Assembly: GCA_963924565.1 (NCBI GenBank)
Contig: OZ004614.1
Location: forward strand, 18,414,001 to 18,478,000
Direction: 5' to 3'
DNA from: Ascidiella aspersa
Lineage: Eukaryota
Length of the DNA stretch: 64,000 nt
Shown: piece by piece, positions 13,509 to 27,799 of the stretch
Position numbering within the stretch: position 1 is the first letter of the stretch
Layout of the letters: each line of letters starts with the position of its first letter
The notes under the pieces: model-generated
Databases searched by the model: none
What the model was told of the DNA's origin: nothing
Seen by the model: the letters and a program-made list of their open reading frames with translations, nothing else
Program-made: the position numbers and the translations under genes

Positions 13509-16059
13509 TTACTGATGTGTAAGCCTTGTGTAGTAAGTGGTGTAGCGAATCAGCGTCTGTATTTGTTACTGCGCTGTAAGCTCTTTCATTGAAAGCGAAA
13601 TATGCTAAATTATGTGAATGTACAATAAATCTATAAGCGACCTGACAGTTTGTTTAGTTTCGATTTAGTGGAGTTCAGATAGTACGGTGGTATACAGTGG
13701 TACTCTTTAAGTAGTGTGAATTAATTACTTGCACTACAAATCTAGACTTGTTGTTATTCAAGGAGCCAAATAGTGTACTTAAGTGCAAAAAAGTTCACAA
13801 GACACTTGGGCTCTTTTGTTGGTTAAGTTTTTTGTTAGTATTCAACCGACTCCGGCTCTGACTCTTCAGCTTGTATTCTGCCAATTTCCGTAACTTATGT
13901 GTCTATGGTTATTTGCGCTGTTGGACGCTTATAGCCAAATTAAGTGGGTCAGTGTGCTTGACAGAAGTAGTATATTAAACCCCACCCCAGTAAAGAATCA
14001 AATAATCATGAATGTTATTAAGACAAATATCTCAGCAATATGAACAATTTAGACCTACACAACACCAAAATAATTAAATCAAACCAACATTATTGCACCT
14101 TTCATCATGTCTTTCATTCTTTTCCTCAATCAAACTAACTTAAAACTACGAAAGGATTTAACTTTGCCGTCAGCCGTTTCAAGCGAAAAAATCACGCCCG
14201 TCTGGTGAATCTTGCTTATTAGTTCCGCTAGTGATGCGGAAAACAATTTTTTTGAGACAACTAGGAGATATTTGGTAAGTTTTTTGTTTTCACCATAGAA
14301 TGTTAACCTATTAAATTAAATAGGTGACGTCATAAAACAACTTAACTTATAAATACCCGCTCTTTGAGAGTAAACTCGTGCGTAAATGGAAGTAAATAAA
14401 ACTTGAGTTTACATGCCGTATCATGTCATGGTAAGACACTCCGCTAAAACACACATTTAAAAAACACCAATATTGCTTAGCAATAAAGGTGCACAAAAGA
14501 GTTCGACGGATGTTGAAATGCGACATTAGACTCAATTATAGTCTTAAAAAATATAAGATTAGGCCTATATCAACACTGCGAGTTCTATACGTTTTAATGA
14601 TAGTGAAAACAGGGTTGTTCACGGGATTTTTTTCCTTGAAGGTTCGACGTCATAGGTTGACTTAATCGATTTAATTCAATTGAGTTTTTTTTTAGACCAA
14701 TCGCGAATGTCTTGAAGCATCTTGAATTTTTGATCCTATAAGGAATATGGATGATGATGTCATCATTATGACGGGTTGGACACATTCAATTTAAGGGGAC
14801 TTTTTTTGGAGTTCCCGGAACATTATGAATCAACAAAAAAACCTTTAGCAATTTGATCCATTTCACCTTATTTACTGGCCTATATATGTGCGACAAGTAG
14901 ACCAAGTGCTGGAGTGTGCAAACGATGGTTGCCTGATATGTGCTTCGCGCCAAAACAAACACAAAGCTTTCATTGAAAAAAAGTTATTATAAATTTCCTT
15001 TACTGAACTTTAGTTTTTTTTTTTTTTTAGGGGGGGGGTCCGCAGTGCAAAAAACGTTGCCGACCTCTGCTCTAAATCATAAACTTAAATTGATTCAATC
15101 TATATAAATATAAATTAATAATTTGATAATGTCCAGCTTACAGAACTACAGGTTTTATGATGTCAGATTTAAGTCATCCATGACAACTTTAATGTTCTGG
15201 AGCCGGTCAATTTTAAACATAGAAGGAAGAAACGAATTCTGATCGAAAATTTGGGGTTCGACGAAAGCTGCGATAAAGTAATTTATATGGTAAGGATTTA
15301 CCATGCAAATAAGTATTAAAACTAAAATTACCCATAAAAAGTAATGATAATTACAAATTGTGCTTCAGATGAAGAACTATCAGCAGATTCATTTTATACT
15401 TCCTGAATGCTTATTTTTCTTTGGACCTCTAAAACCATAGAATGTCAATTTCTTAAGTTTGCTATTAATAGTAATAAAATTTGATACAAACATCTAAACT
15501 TGCCCAATAAAAAGACTACGAGAAGCGTAGCACAAACGGCACAAGTAATTCGCAGAGGGTAATTGCATTTCAAATAACTCCTGATCTGCCAAAGTGTCCG
15601 CCACAACAATTGAAATCGTTCCAATTACCTTATCGTCAACAGTCTCTGAAGTTCTACAAGGAAAGGTTTTAATATAGCAACACAGCCATATTTTTTTGTG
15701 TTTAAAATTACTACTGCCAAAAAATTAATGTTAGATAAAGCCTTCTATACTTGGTTTTTGACACCAAAGGTTAACAACTTCGATATCATCACAGAAAAGT
15801 TGAATTTGAAGAGCAGCTGGAATTTCGGAAAAAAGTTATGAGAACTCCGCAAAGAGTCATTACCTTTTCATAGAACATTTAAAATGTATGTAGCATCTTT
15901 ACGTGAGGGTTTAAAACATTGATTAAAATATATTCAAATAATACTTATCATGCACAAGCTGCTCCTTAAAATTTATAAAACCAATTACTTTCGTTACCAC
16001 TTTTGCAGAATTTGCTTAGAATTTCTTGAAATGAAGTTTTCTGCCTGGTCAACAGCTTG

Positions 16060-16560
16060 ATGTTTTTTATGTAATTGTGTAAATTTAGGGTATGGAGTAG
16101 TCGATCATGTTGTTCTTCCAGAGTCCGTGTCCTCTAGGAAGGGGATGACGTTAGCATGTCGTGATCAGAAAAGGGGATAGGGACGAATGTGTTGTTTGAG
16201 GGTTTAATTTTTGTGGATATATAAATCGATTTAGTGTGTAAGTTTTGGTCGATCTGTAGCTATCTTTAAAGGTAAAAGGTTTGGATTGGGTTTAAAAGGG
16301 TAGGTTGGGTGTGAAATTTTGGGGGGGGATTTGTCTAATTCTGGTTGTTAAACGCAGTTGAAATCGTCACCTAGCATTATTGTGGGATCCGATGAGGGCA
16401 TACAAGGGTATATTATAAATTATCAAAAAATATTTGATTTCTCATTCGTTTCATTTTTTTTCAGTTGGGGCGTAAATATTCAAAGTGAAGGGTGTTGTGT
16501 GCGGGGTAGGCAGGTCGCAGAATTTCTAAGTATGTCTGAATTTACATGGTGCTTTAATTT
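16060..16560 (-). mobile_element. Decayed Tx1/L1-like endonuclease-region fragment
   Basis: Minus strand gives PTIMLGDDFNCV, DRFIY and SDHDML remnants with the C-rich sense-strand bias of families C-E. Confidence 0.55.
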
Positions 16561-16561
16561 G

Positions 16562-16925
16562 GCAAGTAGGCTACTACACAGCTGCTTTGACGAGTTTGCC
16601 ACTGAGGAATTTTAAATGAGGAACCCAAGACACTTTTTCATCAAGGATAACGCCAAGATATTTAATGGATTTAGTTTGTTCAAGGTCAGTCCCATTTATT
16701 GTTATATTTAATTGTGTTCTTAAAGCAATTTTGTTGTTTGAAAATACCATATGTTTTTTTTTTTTAAGGTTAAGCGACAATTGATTTGCTCTCATCCAAT
16801 CACCAACCTTTTTAATTTATTTATGTAGACAGCTGGAGTTTAGCAAAATTGTGGGGCATCCACAGACAAGTATCATCTCCAAATAGACGAGTTTCAAACC
16901 TTGATGCAGCTGGCAGATCCTTGTG
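16562..16925 (-). mobile_element. CR1/L2-type LINE RT C-terminal fragment
   Basis: WMRANQLSLN...KYLGVILDEKVSWVPHL; an RLFGDDT-like motif lies upstream. Confidence 0.8.
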
Positions 16926-17276
16926 AAACTTGATTGCTGCCCTGAGATGTATGTAGCTTGTTTTCTTTTTGTTAAATAACTTTAAAAATTTTGTAAAAGT
17001 ATTTTATGGTTAACAGTTAAAAATATAGCACAAGTTGTAAGTTTTTAATCCAATAGAGCAGTGGTTTCCAACCTTTTTGTTGTCACGGACCCCTACATAA
17101 ATTTTGCCTGAAACTCAATTAACACTTTTTTACTGTGTGAAATTGTTGTTGAAAAAAGAAAAAACGAACAAACAAAAGTTGAATAAACAATTGACATGAA
17201 ATAAAGAAACTAGAAAGAAGTGGGGAAAATATCTATTTAACTACATCCTGGTGTTTTCATTCAAATATTGACTATA

Positions 17277-18271
17277 AGCCTGTTTATATATGCACCTTTC
17301 TCAGGCAGATTAGATTAATAAGGTTCAAGCCGGCTTGAAAAGTAATCCGTTCCAGCGTCGTAATTACATGGCGCGAAATTCAAGCCAGCTTGAGTGTACA
17401 AACTGCACTGATATTATGCATTATTACGTAATATTCCAGTAAACCTAACCAATTTTTCGGCTTCGGCTACTCCTTGCGGTAGCAATTTATTGCTGCTTGT
17501 TCGTTTTTATAAACTAACATTGAAAAAAACCCAAGAATTACTGCGTTAGGTTTGCCGAATAAGTACGTTTTGACTGTCTGTATTGTGCTTTCAGTTTACC
17601 TGGCACACAGAATGTAAGTGCAGGAAAAAGCTTGTTTGTTCTGGCCAACGCTATATACAAGGCAAAGTGGACAAAAGAAGGTGATAAGATGTACCAAACA
17701 TTAATTAAAACTGTATTTGGCGCTGGCCTAGAACAGCGTTGAGACAATTATTATAAGCAAAGTTACAATATTTGGGTGAGGGTGGGCCAACTATTACTAT
17801 TTATAAACCTAACCCAAATAATGTTATATGTTGTGGATTCTAGACCAGCGCCTATGTCACAAATTAGTATCTGATTCTAACGAGTGTATGTAATGTTCTT
17901 CTTTCCTTGCCAACTATTACTATTTATAAACCTAACCCAAATAATGTTATATGTTGTGGATTCTAGACCAGCGCCTATGTCACAAATTAGTATCTGATTC
18001 TAACGAGTGTAATGTTCTTCTTTCCTTATGCGCTAAACTTGTTTTGTTTACGACTAGCCGTTGGTGTTCGTGTTACGTCATAATGCCCCAAAAGTGGCGG
18101 TGATGTTTAATCTGCGTTAAAGCAGGTCATTCAACATCAAACAATTCCGGCCGTCAGCGAAACGAACAGATTAGAAAACGAGAGAACTTAATTCATTCCA
18201 GCGCCAAAACGAAAGAGAATGAGAATAAACGAATCAGATTCGAATCCGGCTTAAACGTGCATAAACGGGCT
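17277..18271. mobile_element. Non-autonomous Harbinger-like element (MITE)
   Basis: TIR-like ends AGCCTGTTTAT..ATGCAC / GTGCATAAACGGGCT in a TA-rich context. Confidence 0.5.
17786..18027. repeat. Near-perfect tandem duplication, ~123 bp unit x2
   Basis: GCCAACTATTACTATTTATAAACC...TTCTTTCCTT starts at 17786 and at 17909. Confidence 0.95.
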
Positions 18272-18609
18272 TTATGACTATGCATACCACTCGCTTACCG
18301 GTACACTACTGGCCTCTACCAGTACAGCGTCTGCAACTGCGCAAGCAGTGGTGTCGTTACCGCCACTATGAGGTAAACTTTGGTGTTACACCCCGCATGC
18401 GTTATTACGTAAAAGACGAGCCAATCCTGATTAGACTGTAATCAACATGCATTGTGCTATCTAAACGTTGTATTGTAGTGTAAGATGTACACACTGTGTA
18501 GTAGGGAGAGCCAACAAAGATTTATTTTATTGCATACCACCAGCACAGTTTATTCTCGCGGGCTTGAGCTTGGTAATATGAAAGTAAAAAGATCGCTTTT
18601 CGTTTTTTT

Positions 18610-19450
18610 CCCCAAAATTCATCAAGGTAATCACGGACCCCCAATCTTTAGGTTGTTGCCTTCGTTTTAAGGTCAAGCCGGATACGGTGTCAAATACCGG
18701 GGGGAGGGAGTTGAGTGGGGGGATGGGCAAGTAAGGGTGAACGTCGTCAGCATAAGCCACGAGTTTTGGGTGTGGGCAGGGGCGGGAGAAATGGAGGGGG
18801 TCGAGGGCGATCAGGAAGAGGGTGAGAGACTCAGCGGGTCGCCTTGCCTCACACCTCTCTTCTGATCGCCACGAGGGGTCGTCAGTGGGGAGCCATTTAA
18901 CAAAATGGCGGAGGTGGCTGAAAGTTAGAGTAATTTGGCAAGGTCCGAATGTTTCTGGGTTATATTTCCCTATGTTAAGTTTTTTAGTTATATAATGGAG
19001 GAGGTGGTTTGCAATTTGGGTTTTTACTAGGATCAAAAAATTAAGTGAGTCGCATAGAGCCGGTTTAATTTTTTGAAAGTGGAATTTGGAAGTCGGGATG
19101 GGTGTGTCGCGTTCTTTTCAGAGGCAGACTCTGGGATGGGATATATCTAGGGTGAGGGTGACGACTGATCATGGTTTGAGAAGGAGGGGTTTGGGGTAAA
19201 GAAAAAAGGGTGTCCGTCTCTAACAAGGTTTGTTGGGGTGACGGGATGGTTCTGGGGGGTGGAATTTGTGGTGAGGCTGGAGAGGGGAGGAAGTTTTACG
19301 TAAGGGTAAAAATTTGTTGTTAGCTACAAGATTATTTTTACCGGACGGGGCGTATGGGGTAATAAGTGGGGACGAAAGAAATTAAATGGCGACTCCTCCG
19401 GAGGAAACAGAGTTAAAACATCCTACACCCGGAGCTCACTCGGCAGCCCT
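18610..19450 (-). mobile_element. Heavily deleted family C/D Tx1 ORF2 fragment
   Basis: ILVKTQIANH, SLTLFLIALDP, KLVAYADDV (ORF 18527-19036); endonuclease-region sequence near 19250-19450. Confidence 0.8.
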
Positions 19451-19640
19451 GTCGACGTGATTTTTCACAGTGCCGCCGAGAGTTGATGATAAAACTTCAG
19501 GGCGAGTGGGGAAATAAATTTTTGATATCGACTACCCACCCCATACTCACTTGGAGCGCTCCTTCTCATCTCCCCGTTAAAGTTACCCGCCAAAACGTTT
19601 GGGTGCCTCGTGTGCAACACCCAGCGTAGATGGCCGCAGG

Positions 19641-19770
19641 CTGCTGCTGAAAGACTTCAGAGTCAACCTGGGCTGCTGAGTGGGGGGCCCCTGGTGTGTA
19701 GCTTAAGTAATTCTGCTCCCTCTGGAGGATGGATCTTCTTCCTCCGAGGGCGTTGCCATTTTTCCCCCCA
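19641..19770 (+). mobile_element. Short family C/D endonuclease fragment in opposite orientation
   Basis: AGTCAACCTGGGCTGCTGAGTGGG...GCCATTTT matches 62056-62155. Confidence 0.7.
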
Positions 19771-19819
19771 ACATTCAGCACGTAGTGTCAAAGTACTTTT
19801 TATACCGCTTATGGGATTT

Positions 19820-20625
19820 TTCAAGCTGCCTGAGGGAGCAATTTTCAGTGTGTCCTCCATACGCTGCTTTAAATCAAAAACATACCTGTAGCCTGCTTCG
19901 CACATTGGGGTTCCGTTGACGCGTTCGTCGTCCACAATTCCCTCCGAACAGACAATATGTCGATTCTTGTGACACTTCACGGTAAGCGAATAACAACAGC
20001 GCGTTATGCATCGATGCCACTGCTTGGCGCCTAAGCATTCTGTTCAATGTTCCAATTGAGTCCCAAGTCGCTTAAAATCTCATCGGGTATTCCGAGGCGA
20101 CTGTACATATCCACTAATGTGTCACACGACCTGCAAAACCTCTTCTTCTTGACCGTCATCCTTGAGACCAGGCCAATAGAAATCTTTATCAGCCGTCTTT
20201 TTACAATGCCCATGTGCCCCCCCCCCCCCATCATGGCGTCGTGAGCGAGCTCCATTATTTTCCGGCGCATATTCTACCTTCCACCATTAACCCTTCTTCA
20301 TTCATTTCTTTCAAGGCTTGCAAAGTCGTGTCTTCGTTTTGTGCGGCCTCGAACCCGGCCCCATCAATAAAACAGACCACTCTTCACAACTTGGCACTTT
20401 TAATGGTTTGCGCTCCGCTGCGCTTTTAGTCTTTGCGGCGCAACCTTCGTTCCACATTGGATAGGGATCGTCAGGGTCCCTAGCGTCTGGCAAGCACAAC
20501 GCATCCACATCTGGCGAATCGATATAAATTCGAGCCACGTCTGCCTTAACCGTACTAGACAACAACGTAACAAGACCACTGTGCCCTGTCAGTTGACCGT
20601 CCTTGACAAATTTCCGTTTCATAGA
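19820..20625 (-). mobile_element. Decayed Gypsy pol fragment with protease directly followed by integrase (Gmr1-like order)
   Basis: KRKFVKDGQLTG...ARDPDDP (protease region), then IMELAHD..GHMG..FCRSCD (HHCC), YSRLGIPDEILSDLG and YRYVFDLKQRMEDTLKIA. Confidence 0.7.
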
Positions 20626-22789
20626 TCACTTGTTACCAATATTTTATTGTCGTGACTCACTTTTTAGTTTTCGACAACCTGCGCGACATTCCAATTTTGG
20701 TGTTAGTTTGCACAATCATATCCAACTTGGAAAAATGTTCACATGTCTGACAGGTTGTTTTCAAACTAGCCCGGATTTAAACCATAAGCATGCTCATGCT
20801 CAAGGAACTATTTGCCTATGTCGTGCAAGTGGATGGTAAGAAAATCTCCGTAAACTCCTGTAGTTAACTATCCCAAGTGTAAATATAAAATATATTATTA
20901 TTAATACATATGGTTTCATGTATCTTTTTATCGTTTTGCTCTGAAATGTTAAAAACCCCTTGGGGGTCCGTAAAGGCATAATTGAAATAATAATTATTAT
21001 TTAAGAAGTCAATTTATCAAAGAAAATAGTTTTATTAAAAATAAAACAATTTTGATAGTTTTTGTACAGAAATCAGCACATTTATGAAGTTTCTTCGTAC
21101 TGTGTTGTGTAAATTTAGGACGTTATTTTTGATACTTGTTTGCCTACAGAGGTCCGCGGTTCCTGCTATAGGCGAAGTAATTTCTATGCAAAACATATAT
21201 GCTTTCAAACGGGCAACAGGAGTAACCTATAGGCAAATTGCCATTACTGTATAAATTCAGCACTACCACCCACTGTCAGCTGAAGCCTGAAACAATTTTA
21301 TTAATGACATTTTCTTAAGTGATATAATCGTTTTAATGATGTCACAAATACTCTTGGATTCAATGAATAGCCGAAGCTCAAGTCCAACGGCCTTATAGAC
21401 ACATCTGTAACAACGTCCTCCACACAATTTAGAGCAAAAATAGGTTATATGAAAACCAGACCGGAGTCGAACCGAACCCAAAAAATGGCACTCTATGAAA
21501 CGGTTGTGAAAATAAACCGTTTTTTTAGATTTTAACGAAACGACCGAATATTATAAAGAACCTGCTGAACCCGAACTGTTAAAAAAGTGAGCATGATGTC
21601 ACAACTCGTGTTTTACAGAGCAAAAAATGTAAAGGTTTAAAAACCCAGAATCAGACAGGTTTTTAATAATATTTCGCCTACACTAGCGTAGCACATCGTC
21701 AGTTTCTGTTATGAAGTAAAATCAAAAACCTATGAGACCAATGCAGATACAAAACTGATATGCTGTTCAAGCCCTTAGTTTAGGTTGAACGGTAGTTCTA
21801 TTTTATATCCGAACCGAACTTTATCAACCGGGTTTAAAATTTTTTTTAACCGGAGCTTTTAAATTTTTTGGTGTAGAATTTTCTATGTTCATATAACAAC
21901 AGCATTATTCAAATTACACCTGTCAGTCTAAATAACAATAAAAGTTTTCCCTCCTACATCATTGTCTTACAACGCTACAGTGTCTCCTCCTACTCTAGGG
22001 GGCGTTTTTGCTTTTGACAAGGTGGTCAATGGCTGTCGCAACATGTTTGTCCAAACTAGCTTTAAAATATCTAACGCACGAAAAATGCGCAGTTATAAGT
22101 TAAGCTCAATAAAATAAGGCCAAGCACCACTGTGCTCGCAACTTAAAAAAGTGCTGTATAGTAAATTCAGGTATTCTTTAACCGCTATTGAACTATGAGG
22201 GAAATTTGTGTGAATTTTATTCGGGGAAATCGGTAAACAAATGATGAGTTTGCAGGCATGGGATTCGTAAAACTGTATAGGCCTACAAAAGCAAAAACAA
22301 AGGGAGGGAGCTACAACATATCAAATAAATAGATTTGCCAAAAAAACAATGACAAACTTATTGTGCAAATACCAGAGTAGTCTTGTGGGGACCAAATATA
22401 TTACAATCTTAAATCTGAACTACAAAATGCAAGATTTAGAACTTCGCCAGCTTCGTAATTTGCGACATTGTGACGTAACATAGAGTTAATGGTCTACTTT
22501 GGACTTTATCGTAAGACACAATTGCAAGTGTTGTGTGCTCTCAACTGTTTAGAAGTAGGCTACAACAAGTCTTAAATTTTAGGACCAGTTGTATGTGAAA
22601 AACTTTAATCGAACCACGTATAACACGTATGATATCAAAGAGACAGCAGCAAATTATTCATTGAATTTAAGTTTTGTTGCATACTTTTGTCATATTTGCA
22701 TTTTGGTTGATTTTGATTTTTGAAGGTCCACCGGTCCGCAAAAAATTTGTTTTAAAATGTTATCGGTGCGTAAGATAAAAAAGGCTGAG

Positions 22790-24115
22790 AACCGCGGGCC
22801 AAATCCGGCCGCTGGGTTGCATAACCTCTGGCCCGTCTGACAATTGGCTTAAACCAATAATTCATTACTATTTATTGATTACCGTATCCATTAACCCCAC
22901 AGAAAAAACATTTGTTGTTGCACAGTTCAATTGTTGAAACTTTGTTTAATAACAAATTAATCTGCTGAGCTAGCCTACTTAAAAAATAGCTCGTTTAGCA
23001 AAAAAAAGTTTTTGAAGCTTTGTTGAGTCAGCAGTCACATTAATCAAGTTATGCTAACGTGTCGTAACAGTTTCAGTGTGAAAGCTAAATAAGATTTGTT
23101 GTTAAACTTGTTGATAACTAGCTAAATTATCACTGTGTGGATATTCAATGAGTGCATTAAAGAAGCAAATAGTGGATAGTGAGCGCAGATACTTTTTACA
23201 GAAGTCGGATCAACGGCGGTATGTCGTCTTACATGCCAAAATAAATTTGCTGTTTTAAAAGAATACAACATCCGCGGCCGTTTTGACACCAACCACGCAA
23301 ACTATCTTAGTTGCCAGTCAACTTAACGAGACACTACTGCGCAAAGATTAACAACAAATTTTCGGATTCAACAAAATAATACTCTTTTCCAGCAAAGAGC
23401 CCATATCAGTCAATCACCAAGGCAAGCTTTTTACTGCTGGCTTTTAGAATAGCAAAATCAAGCCGTTCTCTTGTGTCCAGATGCAAAAAGCAAATACGAA
23501 CAAATTAGTTTATCACGAAGAACAGTAACTCGCCGTGTAGAACAAATTGACGAGCACTTAGCCAGAGAGTTAAAAGGAAAAACAGATTAATTTATTTATT
23601 CCTTGGCATTGGACGAAAGTAATGACTGACGTTAAGAACACCGCCCAGCTTTTGGTTTTTGTCAGAGGGATTAATACCAATTTTGAGATAATAGAAGAAC
23701 TGTTAGCGGGAATCGCTAAAGGGAAAAACACGAGGAGCTTTTCATCAAAGTGTTTTGCGTGATGACAGGCTGAAGCTACCTTGGAGCAAACTTGCAAATG
23801 TCACCACAGATGGATCACCAAATCTGACAGGAAAAAATAGTGGACTGCTGAAAAGACTTAAAGATAAGATGGAAGAGGAAAGCCCTGGGATGAATATAAC
23901 TTTTTTGCAAGAGGCACTATGTAAGTCTCTGTATTGCAGCTTAATCATGTGGCAGTGGTGAAACTGATCAATTAAAGGGACTTTTCACCATCGACAATTT
24001 ATAAAGTTTCTTGAGGAAATAGATTCTGATCATCAAGACTTGCTTTATTTACCATTCTCATGTTCGCTGGTTAAGTCTAGGGAAAGAGCATCAGCATATT
24101 TTTGAATTTAATCGA
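22790..24115 (+). mobile_element. Degenerate hAT transposase (GTF2IRD2/EPM2AIP1-like)
   Basis: AVLKEYNI, LSRRTVTRRV, SLALDES.DV..TAQL, KLPWSKLANVTTDGSPNLTGK and VRWLSLGK remnants. Confidence 0.8.
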
Positions 24116-25177
24116 AAAAACTGATGACTTCCCTGAGCTAGAATTTTCGGCAGTTCAGTTAGTTAGCGGAACCGAATCCCGGGTTGTTAAAAATGACGGT
24201 TCAACAGAAACCGAAGAGTCCGCTCAAAATAAAAATGAATCTAATAAAACTGATTCTCGCTAGCATACCGGCGGAACTTTGTACCCTGAGTTGGACTAAA
24301 ACGCTTTTCTCCGTTTTGAATGATAACTAACAGCATGTTTTTGTTTTTACGTTTACCGTTACCTAAAACCTCATATTGTGTTGTAAGTGTACGAATTAAT
24401 ATCCAAAAAAATCATAAACGTAATATAAAATATCAGTCCTTTAAACTTAAAATTTGTGTCTCCTTTTGTACCTACTTACTGTTGAAATATGATTATAATT
24501 GCTACCTCTAACCTAGTGTTGAACATTTAACTGCCGTAAATTTTTATTGTTTCAGCGCGATCTTGTGTTCGAATGCTCCCAACTAGAAATCGCACACGAT
24601 GGCAGGCATCTCAACTGACCTTTGTCGACAAACGAATTCCAAAATTTTGCTGCTAACATCGTACGTGAATTTTTGAGGAACGTATGCAGTGCCGTGTCCA
24701 TCTAATTAAATATTTCGACGTGGTGTGTATCCAAGTTTGCCTTTTACCATTATTCGTTTCGCGGTAATTACTTTTCTCGCTACTCTTCTCTTTCTCTTGT
24801 TACTCTCACTTTCTCGCATGTGCCTTTTCGTGCTACGCCCTCGGCAGTGTGACCTGGGCGCCTTCCGTGAGCAGTCGCCTTTGCTAATACATCGGACTGA
24901 TAAACAATAGTCTGGGTAGATGTGATTATACATTAATTATTGCTTGTGATGCTACAGATTTAACGCAACTTATATTATGTCCGAACCGGAAAAGTCAAAC
25001 GGTTCGACTCCCTGATTTAATATAAAAGACATGGAAAACAATACGAATTTGTGCCAACAGCAAAAACATCCCCTAGAGTAGACACTATAGCCTGTTGTCG
25101 GATGGCAATGATGTAAGTAAGAGAAATGCTTATTGAGTGCTTAATGCCTTCACTTTGTTAAAACCAGCAATCAGACA

Positions 25178-26245
25178 AAGTGCTCCGCAACCTTTTTTCC
25201 ATTTGCGGCGCACCAACAGAGCTTTAAATATTCCGCGGCACACCTACGAAATATATGACGATCGACAATAGACAACAAAACCAAATATACTGGGCTACCC
25301 ACAAAAAACAGGCGAATGATTAAATGCGGCGCCGACGATTTGACCTTTTACGTTCTATTATCTGCAAGTTTTGTGGTTTTACAATTCTTCTTAAATACCT
25401 CATACGACCGAAGGGACACCAGCCATATAACTGAAATTAGAAATCAACGTCGAAATAAAACAAATTTCGGAATAAGACAAAAATAGAACTATAATATATA
25501 AAATCGTAATAACGTCTAAATCGGACTAAGTCCTAAACACGTCGAGAAAATGTCTAAATGGCTAAAATAAGGCCAATAATACATCACCAAACAGGAGCAA
25601 ACAACTTGATGCCAAACCATCCGAAGTGACACCGTCATACACTCTTAGGCCTTATTCCCATGAATTTAGGACTGTTTCCGACATTTTAGGTATTTTTTAG
25701 AAGATTTTAGATTTTAATCCGTCGTTGATATTTCTGCGATTTTGGCTTTATTATGACGTTAGCCTATAAATACTATTGTAAATTGTATTGTTTTTAGAAG
25801 TCCTGTAAATTGCACCCCATTGCGAGTCACAGAAATAAGTGAGTTGCGCCGCCTATTTTATTTTTCATGCCAGCCGACAAGGTTAATTTAACAATTACAA
25901 AATGCCAATAATTACATATTTACAGTAATATTTCATTATGGTTTCGCGCGTTGATAATCTCGCTTTTCACTTTGTAGTCTACCTTTTCCACTTTGTGTCG
26001 AGTTCGAAAAAAATATATTTATACTTTTGTTGTATATTTATACTATTGATAGTTGTGTTAGTTAAAAAAATGTTTTGAAGTTCGATTCTGGTGATTAAAC
26101 GTATCATAGGTTTTAAAAAGCTTTAATTAACTATGAATAAAGTTACATCTGGATTTTTATATTGATTCTACTAAAAAAGTATCCTAAAAAAACACAAGTA
26201 AAACCCACGGGAACATCGCGGCACACCACCGGTTGCGGAGCACTG
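25178..26245. mobile_element. hAT-type MITE
   Basis: TIRs AGTGCTCCGCAACC / GGTTGCGGAGCACT with subterminal CGCGGCACACC motifs. Confidence 0.7.
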
Positions 26246-26577
26246 GTTTAGGAGAAGATATGTCCTGATGCCAAAACACATGCATACAACCCCTATATAC
26301 CCAAAATATGTCGTCAAAAGTAACAAATATAAATAAAAGGAGCAACACCAAGAACTTATTAAAAATTAGTAGATCAAAAACTTGAAAATCGCAAAATCTA
26401 GAATCAAATTTGTCAGTTAGTTAACCATAATGTTTATGTAAAGTAAAGAACATTAAAAAAACAGAATTATCACTAAGCGTTGTCACTACACCAAAAACAA
26501 TATCGAATTATGAAAGAGCAGATTCAATAAGTTGTTTGCCTCATAATGCCTTTGCGAGTTTCTGTTTCGTTCTAGAG

Positions 26578-26865
26578 CAGTGTCAACCTTTTTAGAATAA
26601 GGACCGTTGAAATTTCAAACCAAATGTTGCGGACCGGACCTTTAAGAATCAAAATCAACCCAAAATTAATTACGCAATAGTATACAACCATAACGCTTCT
26701 TAGCTTTTTCACATACAACTGATCTTAAAGTTTAACACTTAACGAGTTGTTTAGCCTACTTTTAAACAGTTGCGCTTAACATCTTGAATTTTTTAATTGA
26801 TATATCAATTTTTAATATATTTGTGGACCGTCACGGGTCCGCAGACCGACGGTTGAGTACCACTG
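26578..26865. mobile_element. hAT-type MITE with 8-bp TSD
   Basis: CAGTG...CACTG flanked by TTCTAGAG / TTCTAGAT; the interior is related, in inverted orientation, to 22540-22795. Confidence 0.7.
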
Positions 26866-26884
26866 TTCTAGATATAATAAATTT

Positions 26885-27395
26885 ACCTGAGATTATTGTA
26901 CTGCCATGGAAGTTCTCCGTTTGGTGAATGAAAATATTGCTTGAATAAGTCACGAATGCCCAATGCTTTGCAGGTCTAGATCTGTTTACATGGACATAAG
27001 AATGCGTGTTGCAACTTGTTCCGTATCACAGAAGGAGGGCTCAATGACGGTGCCTTCTTGTTTTCTAACATAATTGTGAAGTATATATGCTGCTTTACCA
27101 ACTTTGTCGACTTGTTCTGGTTGCAGACATATAGGTTTTTCGAAAACCCGCCATTTAACAGCCATCATTCCAAATGCACACACTCAACACATTTTCTTGC
27201 TCTAGATAAACGAGCATTAAACACGCATTTTTCGTTATCCAAAGCTATTCTCGGGTAAGGCCGCATAAGATTTTGTAGCAGAGGGTATGCTTCGTCTCCG
27301 ACCAACACATATGGAAAGTCATTTTCTGTTTCTCCTGGGAGAGGGCGATTTTGCGGAATGTCCAATGAATTTCCAATTAGTTCAACATTAATTTT
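26885..27395 (-). mobile_element. PIF/Harbinger (HARBI1-like, DDE_Tnp_4) transposase fragment
   Basis: PYVLVGDEAYPLLQNLMRPYP...FNARLSRARKCVECAFGMMAVKWRVF. Confidence 0.9.
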
Positions 27396-27399
27396 CAGT

Positions 27400-27790
27400 A
27401 AAATCATGGGAAGGAAAAAAAGTTATAGCCCGCCAAACTGGGGGGGAGGTTTCGCACGATAAATATAGCATTTTTTTTCGTATATTCAAAGAGTAATTTT
27501 TATGCAAAAACCTGAATGGCATGCGCTAGTGACTAACGTCATGTTATTAGTTAGGTCTTGTTATTAAGTAGTTTAACAGTAATTTTTAGGAAAATCATGG
27601 TGGGAAGGGAAAAAAAGTTATAGTCCGCCAAACTGGGCACGAAAAAATATAGCATTTTTTTCATAGAAACGTCTTGGAAAAAGTTATTTTTCTGCAAAAA
27701 TCTGAATGGCAGGAGTTAGTGACTAACGTAGTTTGCCAGTAATTTTTAGGAAAATCGTGGGAAGGGGAAAAAATTATAGCCGTCAAGGTT
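27400..27790. repeat. Imperfect tandem repeat, ~160-190 bp x3
   Basis: AAAATC(A/G)TGG..GAAGG..AAAAA.TTATAG at ~27400, ~27591 and ~27751. Confidence 0.75.
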
Positions 27791-27799
27791 CGACTATCG